This document shows, piece by piece, positions 36,035 to 44,701 of a stretch of 54,079 bases of DNA. The translations under genes were made by a program, and so were the position numbers. Numbering within the stretch: the stretch's first letter is position 1; each line of letters starts with the position of its first letter. Below the pieces are notes generated by a model. It was not told the DNA's origin, searched no databases, and saw only the letters and a program-made list of their open reading frames with translations. The stretch is from an uncultured Methanosarcinales archaeon (lineage in GTDB: Archaea; Nanobdellota; Nanobdellia; Woesearchaeales; 21-14-0-10-32-9): positions 1-54,079 of the forward strand of contig CAZCTY010000003.1 of NCBI GenBank assembly GCA_964501945.1. Direction: 5' to 3'.

Positions 36035-36484
36035 TTACTTTTTCCTCTTAACACCAAGACCTTTACCTTTATTCCTTCTAAAATTAGACTTGGTTCTCTG
36101 CCCCCTGAGAGGAACTCCCCATTGATGCCTAAACCCTTTGAAGGTCTTGCTTTTCTTCAACCTTTTAATATCATTTTCCTTTTCAAAATCCAAATTAGCA
36201 CCAAATAAATGCTTATCCTCACCAGTCTCATAATCTTTTCTACGATTAAACAACCACTCAGGAACATTATGCTTCTCAGGATTTTTCAAAGCATCTTCAA
36301 TTTTTTTAACTTCGGACTCAATCAATTCTCCTGCTTTTTTAGTTTTGTCAACGCCAGCAACAGCTAAAGCCATATTAGCATAAACCACGTCAACACCCTT
36401 TATTTTCTTCATAGCATAAAGAATCGACTTTTCACCTTTAAGATCCGTATCAGCTATTCTTACAATGTGTCTAAATTCAGCCAT
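36035..36484 (-). CDS. rps13: 30S ribosomal protein uS13
   Basis: FRHIVRIADTDL, IKGVD, WLFNRRKDYETG, GFRHQWGVPLRGQRTKSNFR. Confidence 0.97.
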   Translation of the reverse strand: MAEFRHIVRIADTDLKGEKSILYAMKKIKGVDVVYANMALAVAGVDKTKKAGELIESEVKKIEDALKNPEKHNVPEWLFNRRKDYETGEDKHLFGANLDFEKENDIKRLKKSKTFKGFRHQWGVPLRGQRTKSNFRRNKGKGLGVKRKK

Positions 36485-36620
36485 TTTTTTCTTTCCTCTG
36501 AAATACCTTTAAATTTACAAAATCGCAACTCAAATCCAAAATAACGCGACAAGAGAAACATATTTTTGACAAAAGCCAAAAAAATGATCGCCCTGCGCGC
36601 TACTAACTCGGACGCAAGAT
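36485..36620 (-). promoter_or_regulatory. Candidate structured 5' leader of the S13 operon
   Basis: TTTATAAA at 36638-36645 with BRE-like CAGTAATA. The ~130-nt leader has three possible hairpins and is more GC-rich than the other spacers. Confidence 0.4.
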
Positions 36621-36673
36621 GTGGAAACACAGCGCTATTTATAAATATTACTGATAAAAAAAATATAAAAAAA

Positions 36674-36910
36674 TTAAAGAGAACCTTTAGCTTTTTCAAT
36701 TAAAGGAAAAATAGCCTCAACTTCTGCTTTAGTCAAACGACCCATCTTAGAAAAAGACCACTCACCAGAATCCATATTTCTATTCTCCCTAGAAATCTGC
36801 AACTTAGGCGTCCCATCATTATAAGAAAAAACACTAACCCTCAAACGAGTAGTCTCAAATTCTACAGTCTCACCAAACAATTCCTTATCTAAACTTTTGT
36901 CAAATGCCAT
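36674..36910 (-). CDS. PC4/YdbC-like single-stranded nucleic-acid-binding protein
   Basis: Beta-strand pattern LRVSVFSYNDGTPKLQISRE...GEWSFSKMGRLTKAEV plus a C-terminal helix. Confidence 0.6.
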   Translation of the reverse strand: MAFDKSLDKELFGETVEFETTRLRVSVFSYNDGTPKLQISRENRNMDSGEWSFSKMGRLTKAEVEAIFPLIEKAKGSL

Positions 36911-36975
36911 ATAAAGACAGAAAAAAGAAGTCTTTTTTAAATTTATGTATTGAGAAAAAAAATTAAAAAAAATGA

Positions 36976-37206
36976 TTATCTTTTACTCTTAGACCTACGC
37001 TCAACAACATCTTTTGCAGGAGGATTTTTAGAAAAGCGCAAAAACTTATCTATTTTCTGCTCATCTTCTCTCTTTTGCCTTGCTTGATCTTCAGACAAAT
37101 CAGGCATACTAATATTTAACGTGCCTGGCTTTTCTTTTCTAAACTTAGCATATCTCTCTTTTTTAACACTAACTTTCTTAGGCTTGTTCTTATTTTTCTT
37201 TCCCAT
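36976..37206 (-). CDS. Small basic hypothetical protein (76 aa)
   Basis: SD AAGGTGA precedes MGKKNKNK at 37206. The track's longer N-terminus is probably an artefact. Confidence 0.55.
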   Translation of the reverse strand: MGKKNKNKPKKVSVKKERYAKFRKEKPGTLNISMPDLSEDQARQKREDEQKIDKFLRFSKNPPAKDVVERRSKSKR

Positions 37207-37339
37207 AAAAAAATCACCTTTAACAAAAATGATAAATAAAAGAAAAAAAGATTTATTTATAATACTTTTCGTTATATAAAACAACCAAAAAAAGAATTAA
37301 TAAGAACAAATAATGTAAAAGAATAGGAAATGAAACATA

Positions 37340-37780
37340 TCAAATACAAGATTGAGAGCGCAAAGAAAAATCTTCTTGCTTTAAAATTTCCTCAACATCA
37401 AATAATTCAAATGATAAGCCCCGCTTTTTTATCTCAAAGATAAAATCCTCTCGCTCCCCTAATGTGAAAAACACACATTCAACAAATAAACCATTATCTA
37501 ACCTAAAGGAATTATTAATAAAAAAAGAACACTTTTTAGAAATAAAAGCTAAAGCATCAGCAGAGTTTTTAAAAAAAAATAAAACACGAAAAAAACCTAA
37601 CTTCTCAAAGTTAATAAGCGGAGCGAGTTTACACACCCCTTCTTTTTTAAATTTGTTGTACTCATAGTGAACTTTTTTTACAGAAAAATTATTCTCACGA
37701 GAAAATTCAGATAAGCAAGAGCGAGAATTCTCACGAACCAAAAAAAACAACTTTTCTCTTAAAGGATTGTTAAAATGCAT
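37340..37780 (-). CDS. Divergent Lrp/AsnC-like transcriptional regulator
   Basis: LVRENSR.CLSEFSRE.NFSVKKVHYEYNKF HTH, then INFEKLGF and a beta-rich C-terminal domain. Confidence 0.6.
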   Translation of the reverse strand: MHFNNPLREKLFFLVRENSRSCLSEFSRENNFSVKKVHYEYNKFKKEGVCKLAPLINFEKLGFFRVLFFFKNSADALAFISKKCSFFINNSFRLDNGLFVECVFFTLGEREDFIFEIKKRGLSFELFDVEEILKQEDFSLRSQSCI

Positions 37781-37855
37781 TAAAATAAAAAATACGACGC
37801 ATAAATATAAAGCCTCCTACTAAAAAAATGAAAAACCTACGAAAAAATAAAAAAA

Positions 37856-38863
37856 CTAATTAACCTGATTTCTTAAGCCGCGCTCCTCTAAAAAATCAAA
37901 CAAATTATCAAGAGTGGTATTCAAAATCCTGGTGAGGCCTTCTTTGCTATAAAACGCTAAATGAGGCGTAACAATGACATTAGACATCTTCATTAAAGTG
38001 TGATTTTCAAGCAACAAACGCATCTGCTCACGCGGAAGAGCACTAAGTGAGTGAACCATTTCTTTTTCATCTTTAATTAAAAGCTCACCTTCTAAAACAT
38101 CCAAACCAGCACCACCAACCTTACCAGATTCCAATCCCTTAATTAACGCGTGAGTATCAATAATTGCGCCACGCGCAGTATTAATAATTAAAACACCATC
38201 TTTCATTTTTTGAATATTCTCCTCATTAATTAAATGAAAAGTGTGTTTGTTTAACGGGACATGCAAAGAGATAACATCAGATGATGATAGCACCTCATCT
38301 AAAGATGCGTAAGTAAAACCTAATTTTGAACTTAAATCATAATTAGGAAAAGGATCGAAGGCTAAAACATTCATATCAAAACCCTTCGCCATACGAATAA
38401 GATTCCTACCAATTTTACCCGCACCAATAACACCTAACGTCTTACCTTTCAAATCAAACCCAATAAGACCTTCAAAAGAAAACTCATCTTTAACAGTTCT
38501 AACATAAGCTTTATGGATGTTTCTTGAGAGATTTAACATTAAACCAAATGCGTGCTCTGCAACTGTATTCTCACCATAAGATGGAACGTTACACACTTTA
38601 ATACCGCGCTTAGAACACTCCTCCAAATCAATGTGATCAAAGCCAGTGCTCATAGTCATTATAAATTTTAAGTTAGGCATCAAGTCAAGAGTTTCCTTAG
38701 ACACGGGAGAGAAAACAAAAACACCTAAAACCTCAGCGTCCTTGTATTCATCAAAAGGTACGTTTTTAATACCTTTAGTAAAATATTTAACATCAACACC
38801 GAGAATTCTCTCTTTTAAATAATCAATCTCCCACTGCTCTAAATCAAAAAATACAACTTTCAT
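37856..38863 (-). CDS. ldhA: D-isomer-specific 2-hydroxyacid dehydrogenase (D-lactate dehydrogenase-like)
   Basis: STGFDHID, NVPSYG...VAEH, GVIGAGKIG, SLHVP, INTARG, LDVLEGE, TPHLAF. Confidence 0.9.
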   Translation of the reverse strand: MKVVFFDLEQWEIDYLKERILGVDVKYFTKGIKNVPFDEYKDAEVLGVFVFSPVSKETLDLMPNLKFIMTMSTGFDHIDLEECSKRGIKVCNVPSYGENTVAEHAFGLMLNLSRNIHKAYVRTVKDEFSFEGLIGFDLKGKTLGVIGAGKIGRNLIRMAKGFDMNVLAFDPFPNYDLSSKLGFTYASLDEVLSSSDVISLHVPLNKHTFHLINEENIQKMKDGVLIINTARGAIIDTHALIKGLESGKVGGAGLDVLEGELLIKDEKEMVHSLSALPREQMRLLLENHTLMKMSNVIVTPHLAFYSKEGLTRILNTTLDNLFDFLEERGLRNQVN

Positions 38864-38933
38864 AAAAACCCCTCTTTTTAAAACTAAAAAAATGAAACTT
38901 AAGTAACTATAAATATGTTTCGAATTCGCTTAC

Positions 38934-39995
38934 CTAAAACAAGCCACCTAAAAGCAACCCAAACACGAAGTCAGCTGCAAAGAATAAAAAGAAAGAAACC
39001 GCGAAGTATGGAACGAAGTACTTAAACCCCTCTTTAGGCGACCCCTTCCTAATAACACCTATTATGAGCGAGGAGAAAAAAGATGAAAATAAAAGCATGA
39101 CCCCTGAGAAAATACGAAACTCATTAATAGAAATACTATCCCCCGCCAAGTCTAATGAAAAAAAACCACCAGAACCCTGATCAACATCCATACTATCAGT
39201 AAGCGAGGAAATAACAACTAGTAACTGACCACTTAATGCAAGCAGAATAGGCGCGCCGATAATAGCTGCAACAGTTATAAAAATAACATACGTAGTAACA
39301 CTAGAACTAATCTCTTTTTTCATAAGCTTAACATCTTGCATGTTAGATGAAATCTGATTTAACAAAAAACCAATCTCCCCACCCGCGCGCATACCTTCAA
39401 TCAATAAATTAATAGCTTCTTTTAGCGCCTCAGAGTCATATTTATTAGAAAAGTCAACTAACGCCTTTTCAAGATCATCCCCTGCAATCGTAAATTTTGC
39501 AACATCCTCAATTTCTTTAGCCAAAACACCAAACTTAGGACGCACAGCGAACCACAACGCCCTATCAATAGTCATACCCGCGCTAATATTTGCAGAAGTT
39601 AATTGCAAAAACTCAGGGAGAACCTCCTCAATCTCCCGCGTCCTTTTATACACACGAGAATCATAATAAAAGAAAACAGCAAGAAGAGAAATTAAATAAA
39701 CGCCAACTAAAATAACAGTCCAAATAGATAATAAAACATAAATCACTTGCTCAATGAACGAGCCTAAAAAGACACTTACAGCAATAACACCAATAGATAA
39801 AACACCACAAAAGATAGTAGAAAATAAAACAACATTCCTATGAATTTGAGAAGGCGTAGCCTCAGAACCCGCCTTAACTAAAAACTCAGATAATAAACTG
39901 CGAATACTCTTTTTATTAGCACGCTTACGCTTATCAAACTTACTCAATTTACTTTTTTTATATTCAACGTCCTCACTCTTTTTTTTCTTAAACAT
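38934..39995 (-). CDS. tadC: Type II secretion F-domain pilus platform protein (TadC-like)
   Basis: IEEVLPEFLQLTSANISAGMTIDRAL, G.LAKEI, INLLIEGMRAGG, several TM segments. Confidence 0.88.
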   Translation of the reverse strand: MFKKKKSEDVEYKKSKLSKFDKRKRANKKSIRSLLSEFLVKAGSEATPSQIHRNVVLFSTIFCGVLSIGVIAVSVFLGSFIEQVIYVLLSIWTVILVGVYLISLLAVFFYYDSRVYKRTREIEEVLPEFLQLTSANISAGMTIDRALWFAVRPKFGVLAKEIEDVAKFTIAGDDLEKALVDFSNKYDSEALKEAINLLIEGMRAGGEIGFLLNQISSNMQDVKLMKKEISSSVTTYVIFITVAAIIGAPILLALSGQLLVVISSLTDSMDVDQGSGGFFSLDLAGDSISINEFRIFSGVMLLFSSFFSSLIIGVIRKGSPKEGFKYFVPYFAVSFFLFFAADFVFGLLLGGLF

Positions 39996-39998
39996 TTT

Positions 39999-40805
39999 CT
40001 ACGTACTAATACTAGGCCTTGATGATTTTATTATATTAAGGAACATGAACTGAATAAACCCTAAAAAACCAGCAATGAATAATAAAATAGGCAAACCAAT
40101 TTGCAACCCCAAAAACGTTGCAAGAACAACAATCATAGTAACACCTAAAGAAGGAACAATTATCGCAATCATCATATAAAACATCGCCAAAGGATTAAGC
40201 TTTTTACCATACTCTTGAACACTAATTTTTTGCTCTTTCATAATTTGATCAATAACAGACCTAAGACTCAAACCAATATTCCCACCAGTTTTTATAGAGT
40301 TTAAAATTTGCCACAAAACCTTCCTCAAATTATTAGAAGGCGTTGTAACCATCGTCTCATTAATAGCATCCTCTAAGTTAGTTCCCAAATAAACTTTATT
40401 AATAATATCACCAAAATAAACCCCAATTATCTTATAGTTCTTCTCAACATTCTTAATCGCATCATATAAAGGAATACCAGATTCAATTTCAATAATTAAA
40501 AAACGACCAGCATAAACAATTTCCTTATCAATCTCTCGCTTAACCTGCTCTATTTTTACATCAACATAACCAAGAAAATAAAAATAAAACATAGGCACAA
40601 GAATAAAAACACTCAAAAAAACCAAGAAAGATGTTAAAAACATAAATAAGATTATAGCAAGAACAAAGGATAACAAAATAGAATTAAAAAAAGTTTTTTT
40701 AACATATTCCTCAGGCTCATCTTTAATACCTGCCTGAAATAATTTAGTTTTCAAACCAGTATTACTCCTTGCAAGCACCTCAAAAAACTTATCCATAAAA
40801 CACAA
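39999..40805 (-). CDS. tadB: Type II secretion F-domain pilus platform protein (TadB-like)
   Basis: EIDKEIVYAGRFLIIEIESG, GTNLEDAI, NSIKTGG, IIVPSLG, several TM segments. Confidence 0.85.
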   Translation of the reverse strand: MCFMDKFFEVLARSNTGLKTKLFQAGIKDEPEEYVKKTFFNSILLSFVLAIILFMFLTSFLVFLSVFILVPMFYFYFLGYVDVKIEQVKREIDKEIVYAGRFLIIEIESGIPLYDAIKNVEKNYKIIGVYFGDIINKVYLGTNLEDAINETMVTTPSNNLRKVLWQILNSIKTGGNIGLSLRSVIDQIMKEQKISVQEYGKKLNPLAMFYMMIAIIVPSLGVTMIVVLATFLGLQIGLPILLFIAGFLGFIQFMFLNIIKSSRPSIST

Positions 40806-40817
40806 CCCTCAAAAAAA

Positions 40818-42488
40818 TTAATCTTCTTTAAACAACTCGTTTTTATTAACAAAACGCATCAAGTTATTTTTATCAGTATAAAACTCAGCCATTATACGAC
40901 CAACACCATCAACAGTATCAATTTTTTTATTAACTAAATACTTTAAAATCTTAATTTTCTCAGCCATATCTTTTTTAAATTCCCTATCAGATACCCCCGT
41001 AAATAATTTAAGATTCTCTTTGAAAGTTTTAGATTTACCAACCTCAACTAAAGTATCTTTTCTATGATCATATTGCAATATGACATTAACATCACCTGTA
41101 GGCGTTATCTCAGCTATTTGAAAAGTTCTACGAGTACCAGTGCGCCTATTTCTAAATTGAACAATTACTAAAGATATCGCAGGCAACATAATCTTAGGCA
41201 CATTTAGAGGAGAATTAGTTAAACGCTCAACTGTTTCTTTAGCATTATTCGCGTGAAATGTAGCATACGCAGAATGACCTGTGTGAATCGCCTCAAACAA
41301 AGTATCAGTTTCTTTACTACGACGAACCTCCCCAACAAGAATACGATCAGGACGCATCCTCAAACTATTAACCAATAAGTCCTGCATCGAAATCTCGCCC
41401 TTCCCCTCAGGATTTGCAAGAACAGTATTTAAAGGAACCCAATGAAGAAACTTAGGAAGCTGAATTTCACGAGTATCCTCAATACTAATTATACGCTGAT
41501 TTGGAGGAAAAAAACCAGAAAAAACACTAAGCGCAGAAGTTTTACCAGAAGCAGTACCACCAGCAATTAAAGCAGACATCTCATATTGAATAGCAGTCCA
41601 AATGAGCGCGGCAGCCTCATATGAAATCGTTTTATACTTTAAAAATTTAGTAATCGTCCAAGGATCTTTACTAAATTTACGAATAGTAATAGTATTACCC
41701 TCAGTGCTTACAGGGTAGAGAGTCGCATTCACACGATCACCCTCATCGAGATGAGCATCCAATAAAGGATTTAACACAGTTATCTGACGACCAACCTTAC
41801 GACCAATGATACTCGCATAATGCTTAATTTGCTCCTCGTCTTTTACTAAAACCGTCGTTTTAAGCCAACCATGCTTTTTATGATATACCCAAACAGGCTC
41901 AGAACCTTGATTTATTACAATTTCTTCTAATAATTCATCAGCCATTAACAATTCCAAAGAACCAAGACCTAAACTTTTCATTTTAAGATATGTTGATAAA
42001 AATTTCTCAGTCTCCTCATCGCTTTCAGGAAAGTACTTTTTTATCAAAACATTAATCATATACTCAAACTTATCCTCAACAACATCAGCTTTTTTATAAT
42101 CGCTAATCTCAGCTATACCAAGATTAACACGCCTAATAAGTTCTTTTCTAACACCTTCAAGAATCGCCTCAGTAGTAGGACTTATAGCAGAAATTTCTAA
42201 ATTATAAATAGGAACAAAATCACCTTTTTTCCTATTAACAAATATATTAATCGTAATACCCTCAACAATGTACGAATAAGAATCAATATTCTCCGATTTC
42301 ATCTTAGCACTTGATTTCGCAACATTTTTTTTAGCAGAAACAGCTTTTTTAGAACCTTTAGATTTAGATGATGCAACAATGTTTTTTTTAACATTCTTTT
42401 TTTTAACAACTGATTTTTTAACAGCTTTTTTAACTGGTTTTTTTACCGGTTTTTTTGCTTTAACATTTTTTTTCTTACTTGCAACCAT
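40818..42488 (-). CDS. cpaF: Pilus assembly ATPase (CpaF/TadA/VirB11 family) with a Lys-rich N-terminal extension
   Basis: Walker A GGTASGKTS, Asp box SIEDTRE, Walker B LRMRPDRILVGEVR, His box HTGH...TFHA. Confidence 0.93.
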   Translation of the reverse strand: MVASKKKNVKAKKPVKKPVKKAVKKSVVKKKNVKKNIVASSKSKGSKKAVSAKKNVAKSSAKMKSENIDSYSYIVEGITINIFVNRKKGDFVPIYNLEISAISPTTEAILEGVRKELIRRVNLGIAEISDYKKADVVEDKFEYMINVLIKKYFPESDEETEKFLSTYLKMKSLGLGSLELLMADELLEEIVINQGSEPVWVYHKKHGWLKTTVLVKDEEQIKHYASIIGRKVGRQITVLNPLLDAHLDEGDRVNATLYPVSTEGNTITIRKFSKDPWTITKFLKYKTISYEAAALIWTAIQYEMSALIAGGTASGKTSALSVFSGFFPPNQRIISIEDTREIQLPKFLHWVPLNTVLANPEGKGEISMQDLLVNSLRMRPDRILVGEVRRSKETDTLFEAIHTGHSAYATFHANNAKETVERLTNSPLNVPKIMLPAISLVIVQFRNRRTGTRRTFQIAEITPTGDVNVILQYDHRKDTLVEVGKSKTFKENLKLFTGVSDREFKKDMAEKIKILKYLVNKKIDTVDGVGRIMAEFYTDKNNLMRFVNKNELFKED

Positions 42489-42492
42489 AAAA

Positions 42493-43641
42493 TCACACCT
42501 TTAAATCATCAAGCAAAGACCTAATCTTTTTGAAAAGCTTTCCTTTAGCCTCTTCTTGCTTTTTAATCTCAGCATCAATCTCACGAGCTTGAGATTTCAA
42601 ATTAGCATTAGAACTCATAAGTTTTAGAGCCCTCGCTTTCTCTTTAACACTTAAAAGCCGTCTTCGCAACTCATCTTTTTCCTTGTCAATTTCATCAATC
42701 TTTTTAGATATACGAATTGTTTTATCAAAAAAGCCCTCAAAGCTCCCCTTAATTTTTTTACCAAGATACTCATAACTCTCAAGCTTTGATGCTTTTCTTT
42801 TAGCATCTTTGAGCAGAGCATCTTGCCTATCAGATAATTTTTTAGTCTCTTTTTCAAATAAAGACGAAATAGTACCAATTTTTTTCTTTTTATCAATAAC
42901 AACCCGCTCACTTAAAGCGTTAAATTCAGCTTTTAACTTATCAAAAGAATTAACCCTGCTTTTAAAAACAGATTCTTCATGAGATAAATCTTTTTTAAGC
43001 TTGAATAAAACCTCATTAGCAGACTTAATAGAATCAGAAATGTCTTTTTGAGCTTTTTGAAGAGAAGAAATTCTTTTTTTATGCTCATCAATAGCTTCTT
43101 TTTCTTTTACGATTTTAGTATAAATCTTTAAATAATCACTCTCTCTTTTTTTCAACTCATCATCAAGATTTGAAATCTCTGTTTTAAACTTCTTTTTTTG
43201 TTCCTCAATTTCTCTATCAACATTAGTTTTTAATTTGTTGTACTTCTCTAAATCAGCGAGCTCCTTTTCAACAATTTTTAATTCTTTTTTAACGCCTTCT
43301 TGAACATCACTAAATTTCTTTTTTATCTCCTCAAAATTAACAGATTCACGCTCAAGAGACGCAATAGCATATTCAACTTTATTGACAAAAGCATCTTTTT
43401 CATAAACAATCTCTTTAGCAGATTGCTTCATCTCTTTAGCAGATAATTTTCTCTCAGTAAAATAAACTTTAGAAAACGAATAATCAATACTTATCAAACG
43501 CTCTCGTTCTAAAAATTCAGCCCACTCACGAACAATATCCTTACTTACACCAAGCGCTTTTGAGGCATCCTCTAAACTAATCTTCTTAGATTCTTGAATA
43601 ATCTCTATAAGCTTATCAGCACCGGTTTTGATCCTCTTCAT
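42493..43641 (-). CDS. N-terminal winged-HTH plus long coiled-coil protein, coupled to the pilus ATPase gene
   Basis: IKTGADKLIEII...ISLEDASKALGVSKDIVREWAEFLE HTH, then about 300 aa of heptad-like K/E-rich sequence. 4-bp gap to the ATPase. Confidence 0.7.
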   Translation of the reverse strand: MKRIKTGADKLIEIIQESKKISLEDASKALGVSKDIVREWAEFLERERLISIDYSFSKVYFTERKLSAKEMKQSAKEIVYEKDAFVNKVEYAIASLERESVNFEEIKKKFSDVQEGVKKELKIVEKELADLEKYNKLKTNVDREIEEQKKKFKTEISNLDDELKKRESDYLKIYTKIVKEKEAIDEHKKRISSLQKAQKDISDSIKSANEVLFKLKKDLSHEESVFKSRVNSFDKLKAEFNALSERVVIDKKKKIGTISSLFEKETKKLSDRQDALLKDAKRKASKLESYEYLGKKIKGSFEGFFDKTIRISKKIDEIDKEKDELRRRLLSVKEKARALKLMSSNANLKSQAREIDAEIKKQEEAKGKLFKKIRSLLDDLKV

Positions 43642-43744
43642 AAAAACCCTCAATAATACCCTCTTTTTAAAAAAATCAAAAAGTTATAGTAATTTATAAA
43701 AATTGCTTGCTTAAATAGTTTTCGCACAACAGCAACTAAATGAA

Positions 43745-44701
43745 CTAGCCGACAATCGGACACGAAGTAGTGCTTGATAAATCATCAATCTCATACAAAC
43801 TAACCCTGTTCGATGGAATTATAAAATAATATTCCGCGCTTATTTCCTCAAAGCAGACACCGTCAGATTCTAAATTGTTAAAGTAAATATAATCAACTTT
43901 GACCCTGTTTTCATAAACAGGAACATTTTGATCAGAGATTAATAAAATATTGACAACGCTCTCAATACCCGCAGAGCTCGGCGTTAAATTATTGCTAAAT
44001 CTTTGAATAAAACTAGGCGCACTCTCAGATTCAACGTAATAAGAACTTCCAACAAGAGATTCCATATTGGTTGCAGAGTCCCCCTCAGATAAATTAGAAG
44101 GAAAAGGACGCACAGTATTATAAAAACGATTCTGTGTAAAAACTGCATACAACGGATCCCTCAGATTTTCAATAGGAACTTCAGATTTATAATCATTAGA
44201 AAAATGCCAAGAAACCAAATTAGATTTATCTTGAACAGAAACATTAGCAGCAACGACTACATCAACCAGCCAAGGATCGGATTGAGATAAACTTATATCA
44301 TCAACAACCACATCAACTTCTAAACCAAACCTATCCCCAATTATGTTAATCCTCTCTAAATAAACAAGAATACTAGAATTTTCCATGAGCTTTGAGGGAA
44401 CCCCATTAATAGAACCATTATAAACAATTTCAGAAAAATAATCTTCAGTATTGTTTAGAAAACTGCCAGATAAAGCAACGTGTTCTTCTAAAGCAATTAA
44501 AGACCTGAAAGATGCAATCCTAATAGCCCTCTCTAAATCTTGATTAAAACCCTTAACAAAATCATTTGCAAAATTAACCCTGCGCTGATCTGCAACAGTA
44601 GCATCAGAGAAAGTATATTGATCAAATGTTAAAAAAACAACTAATAAAATAATAACAAGCAGAATAGATGATAAAATAAAAATAAAACCTTTTTTGTTCA
44701 T
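43745..44701 (-). CDS. Class III signal-peptide (pilin-like) surface protein, 318 aa
   Basis: MNKKG|FIFILSSILLVIILLVVFL. 4-bp overlap with the upstream gene. Confidence 0.75.
   Translation of the reverse strand: MNKKGFIFILSSILLVIILLVVFLTFDQYTFSDATVADQRRVNFANDFVKGFNQDLERAIRIASFRSLIALEEHVALSGSFLNNTEDYFSEIVYNGSINGVPSKLMENSSILVYLERINIIGDRFGLEVDVVVDDISLSQSDPWLVDVVVAANVSVQDKSNLVSWHFSNDYKSEVPIENLRDPLYAVFTQNRFYNTVRPFPSNLSEGDSATNMESLVGSSYYVESESAPSFIQRFSNNLTPSSAGIESVVNILLISDQNVPVYENRVKVDYIYFNNLESDGVCFEEISAEYYFIIPSNRVSLYEIDDLSSTTSCPIVG

Noticed and set aside
38934-42488. Archaellum (arl/fla) operon
   Set aside because: No ArlH (KaiC-like), ArlF/G or archaellin-type sequences were seen. Two T2SS-F genes and QxSxE-type pilins indicate a pilus.
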